A DNA stretch of 64,000 nucleotides from Lepidodermella squamata (GCA_047495785.1 JBLDXI010000003.1:3658001-3722000); one strand, 5' to 3'; counted from the first letter of the stretch, positions 24,710 through 35,194 are shown. Notes: generated by a model from the letters alone, not told the origin. A program made the numbers and translations.

Positions 24710-26539
24710 TCAAGTTCTGATGCAGAGGTACTGAGCTGCGAATGCGTACGATTTTGAATAACCAACGTAGCCAATTTGCATTCGTTGGTAGCCGGGAGGG
24801 CATTCCAATGATCCAGTAATTTCATTCGCTTGCTCAATTTCCGCACACTGGGGGCTTGTTTTGCAACTGACAAGATTTTTGCCCGGATTACCAGCCATTT
24901 TTTGATAACCACTGTTGATTGGAGCACCTTTAATGTTTCTCTCGTTGAGGCATATTACAAACTGCCAAGAGAAGAACTTCCCGTAGACGTAGTCTCTGAA
25001 ATTTCTTGGACAGCTCCTAGTCTTCCTCGGGCTCAGTGGGTTTGACGAATGACTTAGCTCGCCAATGGCACCGAGCTTGTTAGACATGCATTCTTCGGTT
25101 TCAACTGTAGAGCTGTAGTCGGCAAGTTCCCAATCATGGTCATCACTTTCGCAGCTCTTGACTCGAACATCCCTGTTCTCACGAATGAACATTCCACCGA
25201 AGTGAGTTTCCTCCTTCGCATCCCGATTGCTTAGTATGCATACTTTGTGGGTCACTGTGCACGTTTTTGATTCATCATTGGCAACAGTCCAAGTTACAGA
25301 TCCAAAGGTCGTTGGATTGTAGCCAAGATTGCAAGCTGGCCTGCCCGAGGAATGGAGAGGGTTCGAAATGTTGCTAACCTCCTTGCATGTGCTGATCTGA
25401 AATGCTCCTCCGAAGGTTGGCTGCTCGTTCTTTTTCATCGGCTCATCGGCTACCTTCCCACACATGGCAGGCGCTTTAGGGTAGAGAACTAGCTCACAAT
25501 AGTCTTCCAAGTAGCTTTCAAGGGTGGTCTTGCGATCGGCGACAGAATCTGCATCTGAGTCAGGAAACAAGTCTTGCGACATCAAACTTGTTATTGGTTT
25601 CATCGTCAGGGATAAGGCAGCGGGTGATTTCTTAGTGGCCTCCAGCCAATCCGAAACTTGGTTTGACGGAGGTTTCGGCCCAAGGGAGAAGTAATCAGCT
25701 TTGTTACCGAAAATAGTTCTGTTTTTCGCAATAACAGCTTTTGCCAGAACTTCTGGATCGATATTGCCGATTTTCGCGAATTCCTTGGGAGTGTAGACAA
25801 CTCGGAGGCCGAAAATGCTTCCAAGCTTGACATCCGTTACAACATGCGTCCCAAATTTGTCGAGGAACGGTTGGAAAGTTTGTTTCAGCTCGCTTCGTAG
25901 TGGCATAACGGTAGGCAGAGCCATTACGGCGGTATTAAAGGTTTTCGTGACTGGTGGGTTGTTGCTAGCTTTCACTGATGAACAGAATGAGGTCTGGCAG
26001 GTGAAATAGACGATCAACATCTTCCTTCCATGCAAAAACTGAGCTTGAATAGCATCGAGGTTGGTTTTCTGGGCTTCTCCATTGTACTTGAATGACGCTT
26101 CATTCACGTATGGATCGTGGATTTCCAGCCTTTGATCGAGGAACTTCTTGTAATCTGAATAGGAATCCAGGACTTTAACCGATGGTGTGAACGAGCATCT
26201 TTCAGAGCAATAAATGGGCTGTAGATACTCGCTTGTGACAGATCGGCCATGAAGTTGCCAGTATAGGCGCATGGCGAAACTCGACTGGCGTAGCCCGGGA
26301 TCAGTGCCATCGATCGAGAAGGGATTCGACTCAGCCAGGTTGTAGCCAGCTCCGAGATAGACCTTGTAGGCTTCAATTTTCGGGTCTGTAGGTAGTTTCG
26401 GGACTTGTAAACAAAGTCCCATCGGAGTTTTGAAGTGGCGGCATAGTTGGCTCGCAGCTTCTATTGTTTTCGCATCTTCCTCCAATTTCGCCGCATTGGC
26501 GAACGCGATTAAAAACGGCGCAAATATCAAGGAAATCAT
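24710..26539 (-). CDS. MPEG1/Perforin-2-like MACPF protein lacking the TM anchor, intronless
   Basis: Signal peptide; YLGAGYNLAESNP..DPG; FLDKFGTHVVTDVKLG; P2-type repeats FGGAFQ..NPL..CNLGY, FGGMF..NPL..SCPRNF and NEITGSLECPPGY; no C-terminal TM. Confidence 0.85.
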   Translation of the reverse strand: MISLIFAPFLIAFANAAKLEEDAKTIEAASQLCRHFKTPMGLCLQVPKLPTDPKIEAYKVYLGAGYNLAESNPFSIDGTDPGLRQSSFAMRLYWQLHGRSVTSEYLQPIYCSERCSFTPSVKVLDSYSDYKKFLDQRLEIHDPYVNEASFKYNGEAQKTNLDAIQAQFLHGRKMLIVYFTCQTSFCSSVKASNNPPVTKTFNTAVMALPTVMPLRSELKQTFQPFLDKFGTHVVTDVKLGSIFGLRVVYTPKEFAKIGNIDPEVLAKAVIAKNRTIFGNKADYFSLGPKPPSNQVSDWLEATKKSPAALSLTMKPITSLMSQDLFPDSDADSVADRKTTLESYLEDYCELVLYPKAPAMCGKVADEPMKKNEQPTFGGAFQISTCKEVSNISNPLHSSGRPACNLGYNPTTFGSVTWTVANDESKTCTVTHKVCILSNRDAKEETHFGGMFIRENRDVRVKSCESDDHDWELADYSSTVETEECMSNKLGAIGELSHSSNPLSPRKTRSCPRNFRDYVYGKFFSWQFVICLNERNIKGAPINSGYQKMAGNPGKNLVSCKTSPQCAEIEQANEITGSLECPPGYQRMQIGYVGYSKSYAFAAQYLCIRT

Positions 26540-26633
26540 TTTAGTAAAAATTCTAGGGAAAGAAGATTAGAGAACAAATAATTTATTTATCGAATGAGAT
26601 CGCGGGTCTTATAAAAATAATTCTGAAAGAGAT

Positions 26634-27236
26634 TCACACATCTGGTAAAGGCTTCTGAGGAAGAAGCCGAGTTGAAGATGGTGAATCTGGTAACTTTGGT
26701 TTAAAGCATAGCATTTTCTTCATTTTGAAAATATAGACCACGCTGAATATTGTTACAATACAAAAAGCTGTCAGGCAAATAGCCATTATTAGAGTAACCA
26801 TGCCAATTCCTGAGTCTGGTTGCTTGATCGCTGCTTGCATTTGAATCACAGCCTCAGTTACTGGAATAGCTTCGACAGTTGATGTTACTCGAGGCTTAGT
26901 TGATGAAGTTGTGATTTGAGCAGTCGAAGGAGGAACTGTCACTTTTGTGGACATTTTTGTGGTAGGATTACTATTGCAAAGGTCATCGAAGCAGCAATCA
27001 GCATTCAGGCAATCTTGAGCGGACGCGCAACTCCTCATGTTGAGATGGCCGTATTCCAAAATTGCACAGGCGTGGTCATTTGAATCCGACTCGCACGTCA
27101 TGATTTGAAAATTCTCTTGATTCTGGCACGTCACTTTGTCATCGATGGAATTCGGCAGGCACGAATAGCATTTGAGAACATCGCCTGATGACAGGCTGAC
27201 CATAGTGGTTAAGAATGTTAGCAATAATTTCGTCAT
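26634..27236 (-). CDS. Ly6/uPAR (three-finger, CD59-like) domain type I membrane protein with mucin stalk
   Basis: Signal peptide, LKCYSC...CCFDDLCN with 10 Cys, Ser/Thr stalk, TM, short Pro-rich tail. Confidence 0.88.
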   Translation of the reverse strand: MTKLLLTFLTTMVSLSSGDVLKCYSCLPNSIDDKVTCQNQENFQIMTCESDSNDHACAILEYGHLNMRSCASAQDCLNADCCFDDLCNSNPTTKMSTKVTVPPSTAQITTSSTKPRVTSTVEAIPVTEAVIQMQAAIKQPDSGIGMVTLIMAICLTAFCIVTIFSVVYIFKMKKMLCFKPKLPDSPSSTRLLPQKPLPDV

Positions 27237-27789
27237 GTTTGCAGAATGAAAAAGGGCATAATAAAAATTGCTACCTCAATCGCTTTGTTTGCACGGTCAT
27301 TTTTTCATGTAAAAAACAATAATAACTCGCGAGATATCAGGAGGAGATATTTTATATCGTTCGCTCGCACTCGGCATATAGTATTTCTCTGTTACTGGGA
27401 ACGAAGCGAGGTCTAAATGCACTGTTTACGTTGGCCAGCTACGCCTAAAGCTGGATACTGAGCTGGACCAGATAATGCACTCAGAGTTCTAAACTTGGAG
27501 AAGAACCATCGCGTTTAAATTTAGCCCAAATTTCCTGCGAAGGCACAATAAATGAACTCACGCCGGTAAATGCGATGCGGTTTCGATTTCCATTATACGG
27601 TCTCGACAAGTTCGGAAATCGATTTTCAATGGAAATGAATCGTCTGCATTGATTAGATAAAATTCCCACCCTTATCTTTACGTCGCGCAATTCCTCTGAA
27701 AAAAACATGGTTCTACGCCTCACTGAGGGCATTTAATCATTCATAAAACCACCTTTTACACAGCTAGGTTGTATTGTCTGATTCGCAGG
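27237..27789. promoter_or_regulatory. Probable bidirectional promoter between the Ly6 gene (-) and the NEK-ankyrin gene (+)
   Basis: Head-to-head start codons ~550 bp apart; positional inference only. Confidence 0.4.
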
Positions 27790-29958
27790 ATGCTGAGGTC
27801 GAGTGCCGACTACAAGATCATTAAGAAAATCACGCAAGGGGGATTCGCCGATGTGTACCTAGTAAACCTTAAGGCGCACGGGGATCAGGAGTTTGTCCTG
27901 AAGCAAGTTTCTATTTCGACCATTGAACAAAACGGCGGCCAGAAAAGTGTGGCATTGACACTTGAAGAGGTAAAGATGCTCTTACGGTCCAGCAGTACTT
28001 GTTAACAAACCTTTGCAGGCAAATTTAATGGCAAAACTGCAGCATCCGCATATTGTTCGCGTTGTCGGGGCTTTCATAGGTTAGTTCGGCTTCTACTCAT
28101 TATTCAAACATGGACCAATACCTTTTCCTTACAGAAGGGGACTACTTTCGATTCGTCATGGAGTACTGTGAGAAAGGTTTGTTTCTTCTTATTGAAATTC
28201 GACGTGTGATCAATCGAGGGCAAATATTCAGGGGATTTGCAAACGTACATTTACAATCGAAAGGGCACTAAGATACCAGAGCAACAAATCCGAGAATGGT
28301 CTTTACAACTAGTTTTAGTATTGAAGTATCTTCACGACCATAACGTTCTGCACCGGGATGTTAAATGCAGGGTACGTTTGGCTGAATTCTTCGAAAAATC
28401 GATTTACGAAAATGCCAATAACAGAATGTGTTTCTTACATCGAATGTTCGGTTTATCAAACTCGGTGACTTTGGAATTGCAAAGCAGCTTGACAGGTTGT
28501 AAATCTGAATTTTGGATTTTTTGAATTACGAAGGCTTCAAATCATTTAGACCCGATCAAGAGGCGACAACGTTAATTGGCACTCCGGCTTATTACGCTCC
28601 AGAATTTTGTGAGAAGCAAATCTACACGTCAAAGTCCGAAGCATGGTCTTTGGGAATTCTGATTTTCAATTTAGCCATGCTGAAAGCTCCGGTGAGTTAC
28701 CGGTATTATTCATAATATTTCAGGATTGAAATTTTTTAATAGTTTGCATATGACGGGAATCTGGTTGGACTGTTCGCAAGCATAACTCAGTAAGTTCGTA
28801 AAAATTAGTTCAGAATGACAATTCAGGTTTTCCTTTGAAGATCTGCCCCGCCTCAAATCACAGCCGAATACTCCAGCGAACTGCGCGATTTTGTCGACAA
28901 GTTATTGCTGAAAAATCCGAAAGATCGCATGTCGATATCTGAATCTTTGACCCATCAATTTCTGATTTACGCAATTACGGAGGCCTGTGATGAAGCGATT
29001 GGCTCGCATCCTAATGCAGCCATCAAGAGAGCGAGCGAGCATGCATACATCAGTTCTCCAATGGTCCTGAAACCGTTGGTAACCGCTCGACAACTCAGCC
29101 CTAATTCTACCGTGAGACCATTTCCAGCCATTTTCCTTCCAAAATCCAGCTTGATTCCCTTTTCAGAGACCTGTCGACATTTTTAATGCTGTTCTAACGT
29201 CTCGAAGTCTGACTCTTCTCCGCGAGTTGATTTCAAACGGAAACAAGCAGATGATTTTGAATGCAAGAGACAAAAATGGCGACACGGTCCTGCATGTAGC
29301 ATCTCGTTATGGCAAAATAGACGTCATTAACATGCTGATAGTCGACGATCGTCAATGCATCACCCCGGAATGGTTGAATCAGAAAAACGAAAACAACGAC
29401 GGGGCAATCCATATTGCCACGGTTCGAAGTGACATCGAAATCGTCAAGAAAATAGTTCGAGCTGGTGGGAATTTGAACCTGCTCGGGGGGTTAGGCGATA
29501 ATAATGAAACTCTGAGCAGAAAGCTGAACCAGCGATTCGCGCCAGAATCCTTCAAGAACATCGAATTCACCCCACTCCACTTGGCGGTTTTGTACAACCA
29601 TGCAGCTACCACTCAGTACTTGGTGACTCACTTGAAAGCCGATGTAAACGCACTTGATAGCAATGGAAATCTTCCGATACATATCGCTTCTCTACTTGGT
29701 CATCTGGATATTGTCAAGTTATTCGTCACGCAATGCCGCCAGTCGGTGAATGTCCGCGGCCAGGATAAATTGACGCCGTTGGATTTTGCGCAGAATAATG
29801 GTCATACGGCGCTGAGTGATTTCCTACGCAAAAATGGCGGCATGTGTGCGCAAGAACTGAATGCGCTCTCACAGTCGAGCCCGCCCGTTTTCAACGCCCC
29901 GGTTCGCTCTTCCGAAGGTTTCGGAAGCGAGCTGAAGATTTCAACGTCTGTTCAATAG
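27790..29958 (+). CDS. NEK (NIMA-related)-like Ser/Thr kinase fused to C-terminal ankyrin repeats, ~8 exons
   Basis: QGGFADVYLV, VLKQV, LQHPHIV, VMEYCEKG|DL, HRDVKCR|NVFL, KLGDFGIAK, GTPAYYAPE; a phase-0 intron (29112-29166) joins in frame to GDTVLHVA / TPLHLA / LPIHIA / TPLDFA ankyrins. Confidence 0.88.
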
Positions 29959-30180
29959 CTTGGTGTCTTATATATTGCTAAATATACTGCCTAATTTGTA
30001 TGCTTTTCTCGTCTTTCTGATGCGCGTTTTCTTTTTTCTTGTTTTCGATATTTTGTGCTACTACCTCTTTCAGCTTCACATCAATCATGATGCGTAAAAA
30101 TTCAGCTATAAACGCTTGCAGCTTTATTAAATTCTGACTGGGATACACGAGTATTCTCGATTTTATTGTTTTAATTTGCT

Positions 30181-31118
30181 TCAAGCGTCAGCAAAGTCTT
30201 GACGGCATGCTCTGCGAAAAAATAATAAAATTTATTTGACTAACAAATTTGAGCTTTGAAACTAACTCAGCAATTTCTGGCTGATAGTCGTCAAGGGCTT
30301 GCAAAAACGCCTCCCATTTCTTTTGATCTCGAACAACATATGTGTCCAGAAGCTCGTCCACGGCAAGAGAATTAGTTGCCTTCAAGGAATGCATGAAAAA
30401 CGTCTAAATTCGACCAAATTGAATCTTACTTTGGCATCGATTGTAGCTATTTCAGTGCTCTTAAAGATTTCGAAGGCTAAAAGCTTAGTACGGAATAGAC
30501 GATCGCCATCGTGGAGTTGTAATTCAGTGTGAAACGTTTCGCGCCACTTGTTCAGCACCTTTTCACGCTTTTTTCTCATCGCCAGCATTTGCCTAGGATC
30601 CATTGCTTTCGGCTTGCTATCGGGCACAGGTTGGGGATTTGCAGGCTCCTTTGGTTTTCTGATAATGTGATCGTTTAAAGGACCTAAATTTAAATTTGGA
30701 ATTCATTTCACCTGTTTGGCTCATTCTCAACTTTGGGAGCTTCTCGTTTAGGTTTAAATTTTTCTAACAGGATTTTAGCTGCTTCTGAATCTTCCTTTGA
30801 CGGGTACTCGCCCTCCTTAGGATGGGCAATAGCCTCCAGTTCAGCTAGAATCGCGTCGACAATTGAGTCCAGCCGAATTTCTCTAGCTGCTTGAACATAA
30901 GCCTCGAGGTCTCGCTCCAGATTAAAATTGAGAATTTCACAAAATTTAGCAACGCCCTTGCGCTTGTTAGTGTCGTATTCGCTCTCGATTTCTTCGACGT
31001 ACTCGAAGTGTATTCTCGTCGCATCTTTCGAGTTTATCTGCCGCACCCATGCTGGAGCGTCGAAAGTCTTCACTTTCAGCATGTTTACAACTCGAATTAG
31101 ACCAAAAGGGGACGACAT
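30181..31118 (-). CDS. Bipartite death-fold adaptor: N-terminal death-domain-like, C-terminal CARD-like, 4 exons
   Basis: N-term helical domain (AWVRQI..EEIESEY..LEAYVQAAREIRLDSIVDAI), Pro/Lys linker, then KWRETF..EIATIDAK|ATNSLAVDELLDTYV..FLQALDDYQPEIAE|ACRQDFADA*. Confidence 0.7.
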
Positions 31119-31184
31119 TTAGGCGTGATAGAGTGCACGAAAAGTTGTTTATTCCAAAAAAAACTGACTAGTGAGCGAAAAATG

Positions 31185-32297
31185 CTATCTTTTAATGACT
31201 CCCGATACCTCTTGTAAAAGATAAGGGAGAAGCAGAAGCAGCCATATTTTGTACGATAGGCGAGGCCTAAATGCACCATTGCAGTCGTAAGCTGTAGCAG
31301 TTATCATGAAATTGAACGGCTGCTGATAAGCATTCGCTCGCTGGCAGGCAGTCACCTCGACAGTGACAGCGTTGCTAGGTGAAAGTATATTGAAGGGACA
31401 TGAAGGTGGGCTGCCTCGAGAAGCTTCAGCCTATATGAAAAAAGTCATAGAGACATACGCTACCCATAGATGCATTTAGGACTTACAATTATGCCAATTC
31501 CCTCATTTCTCAGGAGATTGAAATCGCCGATTCTAATCCTGCATTCAGTCGGCCACTGACCGCACTCGCTGCTGAAGATGGATAGGTTAACTGCAGCGCC
31601 TTCCGGGGCGGCAATAACGAAACTGCAAGTGTCTATGAAATCCGGGAGATTGGCAGGCTGATTTCCGGATCCGCCTTAAAAGAGCATTTTTCAATCAACT
31701 GAAAGATGAAAGATGAGAGGCCATACCTAGAATCGTATATCGCTCATTTAAATCTATCCCATAAATCGTCGAAGTTGGTCTGTTACAGTGTTGACCGGAA
31801 TTCGTGTCAACTAAACATAAATAGGGTTAAATTTGAAAAATTATTAGGCTAATCTTACTTATGTGTTCAGTTATTTGCGCCCCTTCCCGCTCATAGCTGT
31901 TTGACATCGAGACTGGACGACTGCTCGCCGGTAGTCGATATAGGAATGGATAGGAATACATAGGAAGCGGCACTATTAGAGGCCTGACTCTGTAAGGACT
32001 TGATAGGATTATAGGCCTTGAATTGCCGGTGTAATAAGTCGGCCCAGTTCGTATCACACTACTTCCGGTGATGATTGGCGGAGATTGGTACGACGGAGGC
32101 CTGTAGACTGGTTGACTAGCTGGTTGAGGCCTAGGTTGGGGCCGCATATTACTCGAACTAACGAAGGGCGCGCTTGGTCTGCTGAACACCGGCCTTGAGG
32201 CACTGGAACCACCCCCAACTCGCGAGGCTCCAAACGTAACTTTTGCATTGATACCAGCGACGGAAATGAGCGGTAATAAGATTAGTAAAATCGGCAT
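31185..32297 (-). CDS. Secreted/GPI-anchored protein with Pro/Ser/Arg-rich N-term and a CUB-like domain
   Basis: Signal peptide; spliced exons give DTCSFVIAAPEGAAVNLSI...SPSNAVTVEV...FMITATA; hydrophobic C-terminus WLLLLLPYLL. Confidence 0.65.
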
Positions 32298-33531
32298 ATT
32301 CGAATAATCAATTTAGAAAAAAAATAATGCGATTGTGAAATTTCAGCAGCCAGCCATGTTTAAAGACGTCATGGGAAAAATCGATTTACCAGCCGGTAGC
32401 TGATTATTATTACGGAGAGCGCCATGGCGACTGTGATGTTGTTTTCATATTCGTCGCGATTTTTTTCTTCTCGAGGACACGCCCTCGTTGGCCATCACGA
32501 CACGCCGGCAAACAAGGGGGCCGGCCTCTTGATTATTATTAGTAGGCACCCACACCTGATGCGTGTTATGATCGGTCATTTCGGGTTGTGTACTCCGATT
32601 TGGGAATTCATCCGTTCATTTTCAAGAGCTGGCGTGAAATGATAATTAAGACGAATTTTTCGAGCCAGAAATAAACTCAGGACAGGATTTATTTTTATTA
32701 TCCAGTGCATATTTTTTAAGGAAGAGTACCTTGTTTTGATTCGGTCAAATAAAAAGGGGATTTGCACAATTTTTTTTTAACAGGCAGCAAAATAAAAAAC
32801 AGTATGGCGTGCGTCCTATTTACAGATGCTAAACTGATAGACTTGAATGGGAAAAATAGGTCAAAGAAAGCAAACACCTTAGCGTGTTTGTTTTTCTGTC
32901 GCACAGGTAAAATTATCGTGCTAATTCTTGTCGAGTCGAGTTATGTTGACCTTTGAAAATAAAAGAAGAACTAATACGCGGCCCAATTATACTTGCTCAC
33001 AAAGTCAATCCGAACCCTTGATGGCACACAATTATACCATCAGTGCTTATTCACAGCAATTCTTTTGAAATTTTATTGACGAGTTGAACATTATTCATGC
33101 ATCTGCAGCAGTCGCAAAAGTTGTCGCGTGAGAGACGATCTCGCCCGTTGGGCGCCATAGAGCGCCCTGTGAATTATTCATCACTCGGCCTAATTCATAA
33201 ATAACGATCGAGCTATACTGGCAAGGTTTTTCAATAATCGCCGCTGTAGCACAAGTACTATTATAATAAATGCTACTACTACCACATATATCGCACCTGG
33301 CCTGTAAACACAGCACATCGTAGAGAAGTAAACAGCATTTTTGGCTCGACGCGCATGCGACCGCAATAGCTCGGCGATAATCGATAATCACAACATTGCT
33401 TTATAGTTTGCATCATGCGCGTATTGCCGATAAAATGGCCACACATTCAACACAACACTTTGATAGAATTTATCCGCGCGCAATTTAACATTTTTAAGGT
33501 AGAATATTTATATTTCTGCAATTTTGCATAG

Positions 33532-34849
33532 ATGTCTATGAAATTAATTCATAGTATCAGTCGAAGAGGGATAAGCTTCCTCTCAAGCGAGGCAAAAGAG
33601 TTCCTGAAGCGAGAAGTTGCGAAATTCGACCCTAGCATTCCAGTTCAAAAAGCGAAAACTCCCCCTGGATCATGGTACACAACCCCCGAATTTTACTATC
33701 TAGACCAACAGGCAATTATCCGGCCTAATTACTGCGCTGTAGAATCTCAACATTTAGTCGCGGAGAAGAACAGCTACGTCACGTCTTCATTCGCCGACGA
33801 GCAGTACCTTTTCACAAGGCCCGAGGCTGAGTCTGACGTGAAAGGCTTTTTCAACATTTGCCGGCACCACGGCGTTATCCTGGAATGGGGTGCTTGCGGC
33901 AAGAAGTCAGCCTTCGAATGTCCCTATCATGCTTGGACGTTCGACAACAAAGGAAATTTGATTAAAACAACAAAAATGCGAGGCATCGAATGCTTCCAGG
34001 CGAAAAGCTTCGGCCTTAACCCTGTCAGTGTTTTTACAGGGCGGTGGCCGATAATCTTCGCGAAACCAGGCGCTCATTTTACAACACCTGGCTCGTCCGA
34101 GGATAACATGAAGACGCTTTTCGAGCAATCTAGACAGTGTGAGAAGGAGTTGTTCTTCAAACAGGAACACATAACCTCGCCGCAGAATTACATCCATGTC
34201 AAGCGGAAGGTCTACCATGTTAAATGTAATTGGAAGATTTACATCGACAACTTCCTGGATGATAGCTACCACTTTCCTTACGTTCACAAAGCTACCCAGG
34301 CTAAAATCTGCGATCTCCCAACTTATCAGTAAGACTTAATTCGCTGATGGAAATAATGTGAAAATTATTAATGGTAATTTTTTCAGCACTATTATTCATA
34401 AGACATCGGAAAAAGCTGGCAATCACTACCTGTTCTCGGTCCAGTCTTGCAGCTACAAGCACAACAAAGCGGCTTCAGTTAAATTTTTTCACATCTATCC
34501 GAATGTAATGCTCCAGGTTTACAACGAAAAGCCTTGGTTGGATGTTTACTACATCATTCCCACGGGTCCGGAGACGATGACCCTCATCAGTGATTGGTTT
34601 GGGAAACGTGACTTTTTACAATCCGTGTCGAAAGAGGAGGCCGATAAGGCGATTCAGGCGAATTTCGAGTATGAAGACCAGGCTCAACGGGAGGATGTTG
34701 AAGTTTCAGAGATGCAGCAGATGGGCTTCAGAAGCAGTGGCGTACCCTTCGGTCGGTACGTGCCATCTGTCGAGGCTGGTATGTATTCATTTCACCAACG
34801 GCTCGTCTCCGAATACGCTGCATTCCTAAATTCGGAGCATAAAAACTGA
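33532..34849 (+). CDS. Choline monooxygenase-like Rieske non-heme iron oxygenase, copy 1, 2 exons (intron 34329-34386)
   Basis: TPPGSWY, NICRHHG...CPYHAW Rieske motif, NWKIYIDNFLDDSYHFPYVH, QREDVEVSEMQQMG, GRY; basic transit-like N-terminus. Confidence 0.9.
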
Positions 34850-35104
34850 ACATTGCGTTAACCATCAAATAACAGAAATCCCTTCGGAACTTGTTGATCC
34901 AAAGAAAAGTTGATCAATGATCTCGTTTTTTTATTCGCTTGCCTTGACCCATAAAGCAAAATTAAAATGGAAAAAAAATTGCTGTTTTTAATTTGAATAA
35001 ACTTAACGCCGGCTTCTATATATGGATCTGATTTTTTAAGGTATTAAACCTCGAAAATTTATCAGGCCCGAGGATGGGATTCTGGAATTAGTTCGAAAAT
35101 TCAA

Positions 35105-35194
35105 GATAATTATATAGTGATAATTACATAGATAATTATATAGTGATAATTATATAGATAATTATATAGTGATAATTATATAGATAATTATATA
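35105..35194. repeat. AT-rich minisatellite (GATAATTATATA[GT] units, ~26-bp higher-order period)
   Basis: Seven consecutive GATAATTA(T/C)ATA units, alternating 14 and 12 bp. Confidence 0.9.

Noticed and set aside
23459-27236. Intronless, tightly packed genes suggesting a bacterial insert or contamination
   Set aside because: The products are animal-type (Ly6, MPEG1-like) with eukaryotic signal peptides and AATAAA signals, and they are contiguous with intron-containing genes.
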